DNA of 64,000 nt from Macrostomum hystrix (Eukaryota > Animalia > Platyhelminthes): positions 4,650,001 to 4,714,000 of the forward strand of contig CATNEN010000024.1 of assembly GCA_950097015.1 (NCBI GenBank). Reading direction: 5' to 3'. The translations under genes were made by a program, and so were the position numbers. The notes below the pieces were generated by a model that was not told the DNA's origin, did not search any database, and was given only the letters and a program-made list of their open reading frames with translations. Below are positions 1 through 12,498 of this stretch, in pieces (the stretch's first letter is position 1; the number at the start of each line of letters is the position of its first letter).

Positions 1-732
1 GAATGCGAAATTGGGCAGGCGGACTGGAACAAAGAAGAAAGTTTGAAAACAGGAGTTTTGTTCGCATATTTGCTAATTAGGCGACGAGGCATTTAGTTTA
101 AAAACTACAGGCTTAGTTGCTCCCGCCTTCTGTCCGGTGGAGATTTTTCAGGATCATATTATTCCTCTTGAAGTCTTCAGAAGGCAGCACCCGCGCCAAT
201 TGCCAATTAAAAAATGGCAATCTGCCACCCCCAAACCCCCCTGAGCGTGAGGTGTCACACCTGGCCAGCACTTGACAGCCCACCTAGGGACAGCCTCCTC
301 TGCGGGAAGCCGGCTGGTGCTGGTGAAATTGGCACTTGTTTATTTTCTCTGCGGCTGCGGCCCGTTAATGAATGCCCGAAAATTGACGCTGAAAAGAATT
401 TTTAGCTTAAAAAATTGAACGAAAACTCGAATAGGTCCCCTGCCTAGACCTTGCCAGTAAGGCCAAAAACTGCCCCAGCTACCAATCAATTTGGGCATTC
501 ATTTCCTCATTGACCGACTTGAAGATTCAAATCGAGCATCTGGCAACCCGATGTTAGATAGGACACCGAGGACAGCGACTAGCTACTGTGGCATCCCTTG
601 TTCTGATTCAATTTCAATGGGCCTCCTTTTAATCGCTTGGCTGATATCGAAAAACATAAGTTTAACAATTTAGACAGCCGAGATATTCCGATTGTGATCC
701 ATGACATTAGATCATATCGATTCTGTTGACCA

Positions 733-2612
733 CTCTGATACAGGCATTGATAAGGATTCTGATACAGGCATTGATAAGGGTTCTGATACAGGCATTGATA
801 AGGATTCTGATACAGGCATTGATAAGGATTCTGATACAGGCATTGATAAGGGTTCTGATACAGGCATTGATAAGGATTCTGATACAGGCATTGATAAGGA
901 TTCTGATACAGGCATTGATAAGGATTCTGATACAGGCATTGATAAGGGTTCTGATACAGGCATTGATAAGGATTCTGATACAGGCATTGATAAGGATTCT
1001 GATACAGGCATTGATAAGGATTCTGATACAGGCATTGATAAGGGTTCTGATACAGGCATTGATAAGGATTCTGATACAGGCATTGATAAGGATTCTGATA
1101 CAGGCATTGATAAGGATTCTGATACAGGCATTGATAAGGATTCTGATACAGGCATTGATAAGGATTCTGATACAGGCATTGATAAGGATTCTGATACAGG
1201 CATTGATAAGGATTCTGATACAGGCATTGATAAGGATTCTGATACAGGCATTGATAAGGATTCTGAGACAGGCATTGATAAGGGTTCTGATACAGGCATT
1301 GATAAGGATTCTGATACAGGCATTGATAAGGATTCTGATGCAGGCATTGATAAGGATTCTGATACAGGCATTGATAAGGATTCTGATACAGGCATTGATA
1401 AGGATTCTGATACAGGCATTGATAAGGATTCTGATACAGGCATTGATAAGGATTCTGATACAGGCATTGATAAGGATTCTGATACAGGCATTGATAAGGA
1501 TTCTGATACAGGCATTGATAAGGATTCTGATACAGGCATTGATAAGGATTCTGATCTTTCCTGTTAATTAGGAAATTAACAGGCATTGATAAGGATTCTG
1601 ATACAGGCATTGATAAGGATTCTGATACAGGCATTGATAAGGATTCTGATACAGGCATTGATAAGGATTCTGATACAGGCATTGATAAGGGTTCTGATAC
1701 AGGCATTGATAAGGGTTCTGATACAGGCATTGATAAAGATTCTGATACAGGCATTGATAAGGATTCTGATACAGGCATTGATAAGGATTCTGATACAGGC
1801 ATTGATAAGGATTCTGATACAGGCATTGATAAGGATTCTGATACAGGCATTGATAAGGATTCTGATACAGGCCTTGATAAGGATTCTGATACAGGCCTTG
1901 ATAAGGATTCTGATACAGGCATTGATAAGGATTCTGATACAGGCATTGATAAGGATTCTGATACAGGCATTGATAAGGATTCTGATACAGGCATTGATAA
2001 GGATTCTGATACAGGCATTGATAAGGATTCTGATACAGGCATTGATAAGGATTCTGATACAGGCATTGATAAGGATTCTGATACAGGCATTGATAAGGAT
2101 TCTGATACAGGCATTGATAAGGATTCTGATACAGGCCTTGATAAGGATTCTGATACAGGCCTTGATAAGGATTCTGATACAGGCATTGATAAGGATTCTG
2201 ATACAGGCATTGATAAGGATTCTGATACAGGCATTGATAAGGATTCTGATACAGGCATTGATAAGGATTCTGATACAGGCATTGATAAGGATTCTGATAC
2301 AGGCATTGATAAGGATTCTGATACAGGCATTGATAAGGATTCTGATACAGGCATTGATAAGGATTCTGATACAGGCATTGATAAGGATTCTGATGCAGGC
2401 ATTGATAAGGATTCTGATGCAGGCATTGATAACGAGTCTGATGCAGGCATTGATAACGAGTCTGATGCAGGCATTGATAACGAGTCTGATGCAGGCATTG
2501 ATAACGAGTCTGATACAGGCATTGATAAGGGTTCTGATACAGTCATTGTTAACGATTCTTTTGACGATTCTGATACAGACATTGTAATGATTCTGATACA
2601 GGCATTGATATG
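733..2612. repeat. 24-bp minisatellite (GATACAGGCATTGATAAGGATTCT)n, about 78 units, with a 23-bp interruption at 1556-1578
   Basis: Direct reading; 8-aa period in all translated frames (e.g. DTGIDKDS). Lies 3' of the 2745-2662 exon of the minus-strand gene. Confidence 0.97.
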
Positions 2613-2661
2613 GATTGATATCATAAAAATATAATAAATCAAACCCAGAGTCTAGCCTCAC

Positions 2662-2745
2662 CTGGTACGGGTTGGCAGCGTAGGGCAGCATCTGATGAGG
2701 CGGAGCATAGCCGTACATGTCAGAGCGCAGACCAATTATTGAATC
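2662..2745 (-). CDS. Internal exon (84 bp, DSIIGLRSDMYGYAPPHQMLPYAANPYQ) of the low-complexity gene
   Basis: Acceptor tcctatttcataacAG|GAT, donor CAG|GTGAGG; phase 0 at both ends, matching the upstream exon. Confidence 0.7.
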
Positions 2746-2972
2746 CTGTTATGAAATAGGATAATACCAATTAGGATCGAACTTAAGCATATTTTTGCAC
2801 CCAATTCCCTATCAGTATCACCATAATCCATACAAATATCACAAAAATCCACATTTTGATTGCTAAATGGCCAAATCGTGTTTAGGAACCGCACACTGGC
2901 TGTGCAAGTGGCCCAACTGGGCTAATATTGTGATTTCTATATTTCCAATGAAGCATTTCTTCAGGGGCTCAC

Positions 2973-3515
2973 CGGGTGTCCGGCTGACGAATCGAACGCG
3001 TGACCCCATCCAGACGAAGCAGCCGACGAAGACGACACGGATAAACCGAGATCTCGCTGATGCTGCTGTCCTGAAGGTCCCGAAGCTCCCAGTTCGACTG
3101 GAGTAGACGCGTAGCCAACCGGCTGAGGTGTCGAGGCGTGCGAAGAGCCGCCGCCGCCGCCGCCGCCGCTTCCGCCGTTGACTCCGGCTGACACCGACTG
3201 CGGCAGAGGCGGATGCGGTGGCCCAGCTGACTGTGGCGACGCCGGATTGCCGCCTAACGCTCGCTGATAGGCGTCGGTGAAGGCACCGAGCGGTTCGGGC
3301 GGATAGAAGGCACTGCCAGTCGGATAGAAATGATCCTGATGCTGCTGCTGCTGCTGCTGCTGCTGCAACTGGTGATGCTCCACGCCTGTAAAATAGTGAT
3401 TCCCTTCGGCCGAGTACAGCGGTGGCGGCGGCGGCTGCTGATGCACCTGCATCTGGTGCTTGCTCCCGGTCGACAATGCATAAGGCGAGCCGACCGTGTC
3501 AACTTGGCCGTAGAC
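2973..3515 (-). CDS. Exon (543 bp) of a Q/H/P/G/S-rich protein, transcription-regulator-like low-complexity region
   Basis: Open frame VYGQVDTVGSPYALSTGSKHQ...QQQQQQQQ...GGGGGGG...SSAGHP; acceptor ttgctgttaaaAG|GTC, donor CCG|GTGAGC; phase 0/0. Confidence 0.8.
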
Positions 3516-5101
3516 CTTTTAACAGCAAGTAAATAGAAAGGATAGCTTAAAAAACGGATTGTTAGGAGCATACTTCAGTTATTCCATCTATACCCTAACC
3601 CTGTGTCACTTATGATTGACAATGCTTCTGCCTACTTATATGGTTAGGTAAACTGATTTACCTAAGGCCGTAATGATCTTTGTTAGAACAGAATGCAATC
3701 TAAAACTGTAAGCGCTCCCCCTGTGGTTCACCAGCTAGCAATCATTAATGAGGAAAGCGAAGTTGCAGTGAATATTATTAACTTGAAACAAAAATGCTAA
3801 CCTATTTTCAGCTTGGAAACACCAGGTGCGAGGCGCCATGGACCCCACCACCCCCCTCTGGGTCCATCCTCCTTAACTCCTGAGGCTTTCTATTACCATC
3901 GCCTTCAACTGCCTCCCACCGAGCTCCTTAACCTTATCCTTCCCTTCAACCATTAACAGGTGGGCTCGCTCCGCCGGTATGTCGGGGTGCAAAAAAATAG
4001 TTGTGTTTTGCAAGTCTTGCAACACAGCATTTTAGCTAATGGGGCGCTGAATCCCTGTATTAAGACGGACACAAAATTTCTATATTACCTGTAATTTTGT
4101 AACTTATTAACTATTCTTACGCGTAGTTACTAAATGACAAATTTCATTCTCAGATTCAGATGGAATTAATAATTCCATTCGCTAATAGTTACAAATTGAA
4201 TTTAGAGTTTCATTGAAAGGTTGAGTAACTCAGACAGGGTTGTTCAAGTTAAGAAAAAACTAAGAAAAGTGAGTATACCGATTTAGACTTAGAGTAGGGA
4301 AAAATGGGAGTCCATGTGGGGTTTAGATAGCATTGTGCAGAGGAGAAAGAAGGCTTTGAGCAGACAGCCAGCAGGAATGGGGGGAAGACTAATAGAGGGC
4401 GTTTGAGTAGGAGAAAGGCTTTTGAGAGTCGGTGGCAGAGTGAGCATAAGGATAGCACTGGAGTTGATCCTGGCACCACACTGAGTTGGGAATCGATTTT
4501 TTTGTTTCTGCTTACAGCAAGTTGCTTCCAGTAAATTTGCCAAAGAGAGAGAAAGAGACAGAACGGTGCAGCAAGAAATGAAGAAAACCTGTTCTTCCGC
4601 TTTGGCAGTGGCAATTGCCGGCTAGTAAGAAGGGGAGAACGTGTTGAGCACACCCCATTGCTAACAAACTCTTGGTTGGGGCAATCCGGGCGAAATGTTT
4701 CCCAAAATCTACTCCGCGTTTCCACTTCTTCTCCTCGTGTCGACCTCCCAGTTCTCAATTTCTCTGATCCCCTTCACTACAGGCCGGGGGGACTTGTATA
4801 ACACTTCTTTTGCCCGAAGGGCAACCCCAAAGCTGCTGCTGTAGTGCCAGGCATCTGAGCTGCCTCACGGGAGGGAGGAGAATGTAAGTGGGAAAGCATC
4901 CGTCGAAATCTAAATCCAAGAGGATTAATTCAAATATTTCGGCGTTTGCGAAAGAAACGTTTTTTTTTGAACGAGTGGAACTGTCAAAAGCAGACTGACG
5001 ATTGTGTGTATCATATTGCCAGTTTTCTGAAAGTTGGTTATAAATAGATAATTATATAGAAGGATGGTTTGGTAGATAGTAGCCCAGTGGTTAATAAAAA
5101 T

Positions 5102-5472
5102 TAATAATAATAATGATAATTGCAGGAGGGCTGCGGGCAATGGCACATCATTTGGTGACACTAGACCCGCAGCCAGCGAGGAGGCATTCTGCCCATTTCG
5201 CTGACTCCTGAGCACACACGCACACAGATACTGTACGCAGGCATACGCTCACACAGGTGTGTACATCTGCCCTGACTTTCTCATCGTCAGGCACTGTACA
5301 CTCTCACTGTGCCCTGGAGGTTGGCCCTCAAGGGCGTAAATTGCACGACAAGCCACCAAGCCTTCTCTCCGCGGCTGCGCCCCAAATGAATGTGGCCTCG
5401 CCGCGGAATCGAACTCAGGGACCGTGGTGCGAGAGGCAAACGCGTTAGACCGCTCTGCCACTCACTCCCCCC
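5102..5472 (-). mobile_element. tRNA-derived SINE (family A, copy 1) with (ATT)n tail
   Basis: On the minus strand: A-box TGGCAGAGCGG, B-box AGTTCGATTCC and a 3' (ATT)n tail; highly similar second copy at 8345-8665. Confidence 0.8.
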
Positions 5473-5474
5473 CT

Positions 5475-5570
5475 GCCCAGTGGTGAGACGTTCGAACTTC
5501 TAACCTAAAGGTCGATAGCTAAGATAAAAGGTGACAATTTGTGTCGATGAGCAAGACCCTTAATTTTGGG
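5475..5570 (+). mobile_element. Truncated CORE-type SINE fragment
   Basis: A-box-like CCCAGTGG, then TTTGTGTCGATGAGCAAGACCCTTAA resembling the CORE motif GTGTCCTTGAGCAAGACACTT and the copy at 33358. Confidence 0.5.
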
Positions 5571-6348
5571 TCATTTTGGTGTCATTTCTCCCCTCTCTGT
5601 ATCCTAGATAGATAGAAATGGGTGCCGTTGAGCACAATTTCGTGTGCTCAAGTATAATTTCTAGAATTAATGTTGAATGTCAAAGTTGACTGCCTGATAC
5701 AAAAATCCCCGGCAATGAAAAAGCAACACAGAGTCCAAGATGAAGAGCAAGCAGCCGCGTAATGCAATATGGCCTTCAGTTTTTTATTATTATTTTAGGA
5801 ACAAGAAACATTCTATTCGGCACAACCCGAAGCCTGGCTCTTATCAATTGCCGATTCTGACTTGGTCGAAGCGAATGCGATATGAAATAATATTTCAATT
5901 TTCTTATAAAAGGCCTTTCTTGTTGAAGATCGCTGGTAGCTGTGACTGACACGAATAGTTGACTGCAATTGCAAAGTGGAGTGAGAGAGACAGCAGAAAC
6001 GGGACCTACGGACCTACATGAAGCAAAATCTGCTTTTTGGGTATTCTTTTTCACACTGCTGCTGCTGCTGCTGCTGCTTTCTATTGCAATTGCTACTCGC
6101 AGCATTAGATTCATTCCGTCTTGATCCGAAAAAAAATGTGCAGCAAAAAACATGGAACAGAATGAAAGCGACAGTCCAGAACAAATCTTCTCTTGTAGCC
6201 AAGTGTCCTAATCATTTACTAAGTGGGGCATTCGTGTTGCTTGAACGAAACATTCTAAATGTGATTCACAAAGCCTAAAAATTATCATCTACACACCATA
6301 GGGACCATTACGTAATAACATGTTGTCAGAAAACCACTGCACGTCACC

Positions 6349-6782
6349 GGAATGTCAGAGATCTACTATTGGAATGTCATAGATCTACTATTGGAATGTC
6401 AGAGATCTACTATTGGAATATCATAGATCTACTATTGGAATATCATAGATCTACTATTGGAATGTCAGAGATCTACTATTGGAATATCATAGATCTACTA
6501 TTGGAATGTCAGAGATCTACTATTGGAATATCAGAGATCTACTATCGGAATGTCATAGATCTACTATTGGAATATCAGAGATCTACTATCGGAATGTCAT
6601 AGATCTACTATTGGAATGTCATAGATCTACTATTGGAATGTCAGAGATCAACTATTGGAATGTCAGAGATCTACTATTGGAATGTCAGAGATCTACTATT
6701 GGAATGTCAGAGATCTACTATTGGAATGTCATAGATCTACTATTGGAATGTCAGAGATCTACTATTGGAATGTCATAGATCT
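6349..6782. repeat. 22-bp minisatellite (GGAATGTCAKAGATCTACTATT)n, about 20 units
   Basis: Direct reading; each unit contains a palindromic AGATCT core. Confidence 0.95.
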
Positions 6783-7689
6783 TTATATAGCTACCTAGCT
6801 AATGCTTATATATGACTCACGCAGCCATTTCAACGATGATTCAAATTTAATATAATTCATGTCGGTCACATTCGTTTTGCAGCGCAAATATAGCTAGCTA
6901 AACATCGCCTTGATACCAGATTCTATACTAAATGCCATCTACATGTAGAAATCGTGTTAGTTCCCTAGGAGAATTTATTGTCGTTTTCTTGTCCGCTTCC
7001 AATGAAACTATGCAGATGCGTCTGACACTAAAGGCTGTACCTGGCGGTCACAACAACTGTTAAAAAAAGAAGCTCGAGATAGTTGGGGATGGGTTAGGTA
7101 GCTTGGTAGGCGTGAAAATAGCTAAGTCACTGTTACTTCCAATGCTGGCTGCGCCATCTTCCAGCACAGACCTTGACGCCGCCGTGTCTAGGGAGATTTC
7201 CTGATGCTTTACCTGCAGCCTTAGTAAGGCCCGACCCTGGCAAGGTTGTGCATTATGGCCGGGTCGAATTCTATAGAACGGTGGCGCAGAGCCTTCGGTC
7301 GGCAATTTATATTCGAAACGGCCCTCGAAGCGTGAAAGAACGCGCTACATACAGCCACAGAGGCTGGAAGGTCTTGGCCCTGTCACTTGTCAGCAATGCC
7401 TCTGGCTATTACGAGGCTGAGGCAGCCTACCGAGCGTGGTTGAATGCGGCGTTGAAACTGATGCGCTATGCTTCCACACCAGTTTGCATCCGCTTCTGAA
7501 CATCCCTACCCCTCTGTCTCCCTAAGCCGGATGCGAATAGATAGCAAGGAATGGTGCCCCCGTGTTTCCATGCAGATTTCCAGAATTGCTATTAGACTAG
7601 CCATGATTCTAGTTAGAGGATTGTGATAAAGATAGATAGATAAGTAGACATTGGAGGTGGTCTGATCACGAATCGCGAATAGCAGAGTT

Positions 7690-7831
7690 ATGGTAAAAGT
7701 GTAAAAAACAGAAAGTAACGATTAAAAGTAACGATCGTTACTTTTTTCGCTACGCAATTTTCCATTACCAAATCGTCAGTAACGATCGTCACCGTCATCG
7801 CCGTTACTTTTTGGTAACGCGCCCAACACTG
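7690..7831. mobile_element. Right end of a hAT-like non-autonomous DNA transposon
   Basis: Ends GTAACGCGCCCAACACTG (reverse complement CAGTGTTGGG, a common hAT-type terminus) with repeated subterminal GTAACG/CGTTAC motifs; no left end seen. Confidence 0.45.
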
Positions 7832-8344
7832 TACATTGGCAAAAATCTGAGACGGCTGGTAAGGAACAGCTCACAAGACCCTAGAGAGTATAGACTGTTC
7901 TCTAGACGTCAAAAGGTGAAGGTGAGCGGCATTGCCGAGGGGGTGGGTTAGTCAGTTTAGTCACCCAGAGTGAGTGCTAGGAGGTCGCCATATGGAAGCC
8001 CAGATCCGTACATGCGCTGGGGCCTGCAAGCCGCTCAGCTGGACTTATGGAGAACCAGCTGCAATGGAAATGGACCATGTGCCAGCGCCATGTGTTACTG
8101 GGGGTGTGGGGTGGTTGGGATAATGCGAGGCCTTGCTTAAAAACCAACGTCCTGATCGTCTCTGCTGCTTGTCTCGTTGGCTACGTGAGAACGAACTACC
8201 AGTTTGTGTCTAATAAATTGTAGTAAAACCTCATTAAGAATGCTCATCATTCAACTTGAGACATTCCTGGCAAAGGTGAGTGTCACTCATTTTCTATGCC
8301 GTTGGACACATCATTTTGGCGATTGTGTCAAATATTTCGTAAAC

Positions 8345-8665
8345 TAATAATAATTATAATAATAATAATAGTAATAATATTATTTCAGCAATTCTGCCCA
8401 ATTCGCTCGCTGACTCCTGAGCACACATGCACACAGATACCGTAGGCAGGCACACGCTCACACAGCCCTGACTTTCTCATAGTCAGGCAGTGTACACTCT
8501 CACTATGCCTTGGAGGTTGGCCCTCAAGGGCGTAAATTGCACGACAAGCCGCCGAGCCTTTTCTACGCGGCTGCGCCCCAAATGAATGTGGCCTCGCTGC
8601 GAAATCGAACTTAGGGACCTTGGTGCGAGAGGCAAACGCGTTAGACAGCTCTGCCACTCACCCCT
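8345..8665 (-). mobile_element. tRNA-derived SINE (family A, copy 2)
   Basis: Colinear with 5102-5472 copy; A-box, B-box and (ATT)n tail. Confidence 0.8.
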
Positions 8666-8671
8666 CATTAC

Positions 8672-8815
8672 GTACATGCTCACACAGGTGTGTGCATCTG
8701 TACTGATTGTTTTAATCGTCAGGCACAAAAATTAATGCGGCCTCGCCGCGCGGAATCGTGCTCGTGGACCTCCTCTGCGGTAGCTAATCTTTATCTAACT
8801 CACTTTAGTCACCAC
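8672..8815 (-). mobile_element. Diverged SINE family A-related fragment
   Basis: Shares GATTCCGCG..GGCGAGGCC, GCCTGACGAT and CACACCTGTGTGAGC blocks with copies 1 and 2. Confidence 0.5.
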
Positions 8816-9054
8816 CGATCCCTTGGCTCTAATGTGGTCTCAAATCCTTACTCCACAGCTGTGATAAGGAGCTACTGGTTTAGTTAAACATTTCAGTCTT
8901 TGCTCAGCTGAGTGCAGGAATGTATGCAGGCCGCTATCTATCTATATCCCACAAAAACGAACCCCCCCCGACCGCGTAAAAAGCATCTCAAGCTTGAGCA
9001 GGCGGACTTGAGCATGAATCAGACAGAAAAAGGCCTGATGGAGGATACGGGCCA

Positions 9055-9058
<4 letters not shown>

Positions 9059-9102
<44 letters not shown>
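9059..9102. repeat. (GT)n microsatellite, about 22 units
   Basis: Direct reading. Confidence 0.95.
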
Positions 9103-9105
<3 letters not shown>

Positions 9106-9447
9106 GTGTTGAGTTTTTTACGGTCTCGGGAAAAGCTCCCTTGTGCTGTGTTGACTGTAGTGCGTGTGTGTGTGTGTGAGCGCAAGTCCCCTATAGAGCT
9201 GCTATAGCTCCAGTTTGTTTGAGAATAGGCGGTGTTGAAGATTGGCCTTTTGACTCTGAGTCATCATCGTAAAATAGCTGGATAAACTTTGAATTCGGCT
9301 TAAAAAGATCTATAATTTGATGAAGTTCATGGGTAAACAGTATGAGTAACTATACCTTTGTTTTGAAAGTCAAGTGCCTTGTCATCTAATTAAAAGTACA
9401 TAAGTTCGTTAACTTGAAAGACAAGTTTAAATTGGCGCCAAACTCAC

Positions 9448-9774
9448 CTCGGCAAATTTGCCGGCGTGCGCGGCGCTGACCTGGAAATAGTCGAGCGGAT
9501 TGCTGGAGTCCGGAAACTGACCAAACTGCTGCTCATAGTAACCGCCTATCACAGCTCCATCAACCATGCCATTGTTGTTATTGTTATTCAGGTGGTGTGG
9601 AACCACCTGATGGTGCAGGCTCTGATGCTCAACACCCAGGCTGTCTAGCTGATGCTGCTGATGCTGCGGCTGCTGATAGCCCGGATGTTGATTCTGAAAG
9701 TGCCTGCCGTTGGTGCTGGCCGCGCCGGCTGCCGTCGCCTGCTGACTGTGGGGGCCGCTGCTGACAGAGAGCAT
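9448..9774 (-). CDS. Probable first coding exon of the low-complexity gene (MLSVSSGPHSQQ...NNNNNNG...AGKFAE)
   Basis: Acceptor ttgttgcgcAG|gcaaaATG; donor GAG|GTGAGT at 9448 (alternative CAG|GTCAGC at 9481); phase 0 joins the exon at 3515. Confidence 0.7.
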
Positions 9775-10375
9775 TTTGCCTGCGCAACAATAGACAGGTG
9801 AGACTAGCAAACTGAACTGTAATCAGCAAGTCTTTGTCAATTATAAATAAATTGTCAGTATGAAGAAAAGGCCAATAAAAAATTGCACAAAACGGGGCGT
9901 CACAAAGGCAGGCAGTGTCAAGTTAAGCTGATCAAACACTTTGCATATTATTATACATATAGAGCTATGTTATTGGTTTTGTTCGATACGAGAGGCCAAT
10001 GGGAGCAGTCGCCCGCCCCAACTACGTTCTTCATTGGCGGCAAGGAAATTCTTTAATTTAGAAATCTTCCATTTCTTAAGCATTCTCCCCTCTTAGCCCT
10101 GTCCACCCACCACCCCTCACTGGATTGCGTGAGTGAGCCCACCACCCTCTGAGTCCTCTCTCCTGCCCCCTCTCTTTCCTTCTTCATCTCTCTCTGTTCG
10201 CGTCATTAGAAGCGGTAAAACAAAGACCTCGCGTCCTACACATTCACCCCTCCCCAATTTTCCCTGTCCGCCTCTTTTCTAACAAACCTGCTTTTAGGAA
10301 GGCTAGAGCAATGGCTGGGCGGTTCTGATCATACTTCCCAAATCTTAGTTTAGTCTGCGACAAATGTGTGTGTGT

Positions 10376-12498
10376 GTGAGACACGGGAGAGATGAGACAC
10401 GGGAGAGATGAGGCACGGGACAGATGAGACACGGGAGAGATAAGACACGGGACATATAAGACACGGGAGAGATAAGACACGGGACAGATGAGACATGGGT
10501 GAGATGAGACACGGGAGAGATGAGACACGGGAGAGATGAGGCACGGGAGAGATGAGACATGGGAGAGATAAGACACGGGAGAGACGAGACACGGTAGAGA
10601 TGAGGCATGGGAGAGATGAGACACGGGAGAGATGAGACACGGGAGAGATGAGACACGGGAGAGATGAGACACGGGAGAGATGAGACACGGGAGAGATGAG
10701 ACACGGGAGAGATGAGACACGAGAGAGATGAGACACGGGAGATGAGACACGGGAGAGATGAGACACGGGAGAGATGAGACACGGAAGGAGATGAGACACG
10801 GGAGAGATGAGACACGGGAGAGATGAGGCACGGGACAGATGAGACACGGGAGAGATAAGACACGGGACATATAAGACACGGGAGAGATAAGACACGGGAC
10901 AGATGAGACATGGGTGAGATGAGACACGGGAGAGATGAGACACGGGAGAGATGAGGCACGGGAGAGATGAGACATGGGAGAGATAAGACACGGGAGAGAC
11001 GAGACACGGTAGAGATGAGGCATGGGAGAGATGAGACACGGGAGAGATGAGACACGGGAGAGATGAGACACGGGAGAGATGAGACACGGGAGAGATGAGA
11101 CACGGGAGAGATGAGACACGGGAGAGATGAGACACGAGAGAGATGAGACACGGGAGATGAGACACGGGAGAGATGAGACACGGGAGAGATGAGACACGGA
11201 AGGAGATGAGACACGGAAGGAGATGAGACACGGGAGAGATGAGACACGGAAGGAGATAAGACACGGGAGAGATGAGACACGGGAGAGATAAGACACGGGA
11301 CAGATGAGACACGGGAGAGATGAGACACGGGAGAGATGAGACACGGGAGAGATGAGACACGGGAGAGATGAGACACGGGAGAGATGAGACACGGAAGGAG
11401 ATGAGACACGGAAAGAGATGAGACACGGGAGAGATGAGACACGGAAGGAGATAAGACACGGGAGAGATGAGACACGGGAGAGATAAGACACGGGACAGAT
11501 GAGACACGAGAGAGATGAGACACGGGAGATGAGACACGGGAGAGATGAGACACGGGAGAGATGAGACACGGAAGGAGATGAGACACGAGAGAGATGAGAC
11601 ACGGGAGATGAGACACGGGAGAGATGAGACACGGGAGAGATGAGACACGGAAGGAGATGAGACACGGGAGAGATGAGACACGGGAGAGATGAGGCACGGG
11701 ACAGATGAGACACGGGAGAGATAAGACACGGGACATATAAGACACGGGAGAGATAAGACACGGGACAGATGAGACATGGGTGAGATGAGACACGGGAGAG
11801 ATGAGACACGGGAGAGATGAGGCACGGGAGAGATGAGACATGGGAGAGATAAGACACGGGAGAGACGAGACACGGTAGAGATGAGGCATGGGAGAGATGA
11901 GACACGGGAGAGATGAGACACGGGAGAGATGAGACACGGGAGAGATGAGACACGGGAGAGATGAGACACGGGAGAGATGAGACACGGGAGAGATGAGACA
12001 CGAGAGAGATGAGACACGGGAGATGAGACACGGGAGAGATGAGACACGGGAGAGATGAGACACGGAAGGAGATGAGACACGGAAGGAGATGAGACACGGG
12101 AGAGATGAGACACGGAAGGAGATAAGACACGGGAGAGATGAGACACGGGAGAGATAAGACACGGGACAGATGAGACACGGGAGAGATGAGACACGGGAGA
12201 GATGAGACACGGGAGAGATGAGACACGGGAGAGATGAGACACGGGAGAGATGAGACACGGAAGGAGATGAGACACGGAAGGAGATGAGACACGGGAGAGA
12301 TGAGACACGGAAGGAGATAAGACACGGGAGAGATGAGACACGGGAGAGATAAGACACGGGACAGATGAGACACGAGAGAGATGAGACACGGGAGATGAGA
12401 CACGGGAGAGATGAGACACGGGAGAGATGAGACACGGAAGGAGATGAGACACGGGAGAGATGAGACACGGGAGAGATGAGACACGGAAGGAGATGAGA
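10376..12498. repeat. 16-bp minisatellite (GAGACACGGGAGAGAT)n with higher-order blocks
   Basis: Direct reading; related arrays at about 28420-28700 (degenerate) and 44577-45008 (opposite orientation). Confidence 0.95.

Noticed and set aside
200-660. Downstream exons of the minus-strand low-complexity gene (acceptor-like sites near 640 and 395)
   Set aside because: Neither gives an open phase-0 continuation from the 2662 donor, so the 3' end is left unresolved.
5255-5300. Hammerhead ribozyme in SINE A (CTGACGA...GAAAGTC on the minus strand)
   Set aside because: There is no room for stem II, stem I does not close at the cleavage site, and copy 2 reads CTGACTA; a simple CCTGAC/GTCAGG hairpin explains it.
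5400-5472. tRNA genes (also at 8600-8665, 27850-27897, 33358-33420)
   Set aside because: A and B boxes are present but no complete cloverleaf; they continue into shared repeat bodies and tails, so they are SINE heads.
7173-7499. 108-aa ORF as a gene or LINE fragment
   Set aside because: No recognisable motif or splice-consistent neighbours; it lies antisense in an intron.
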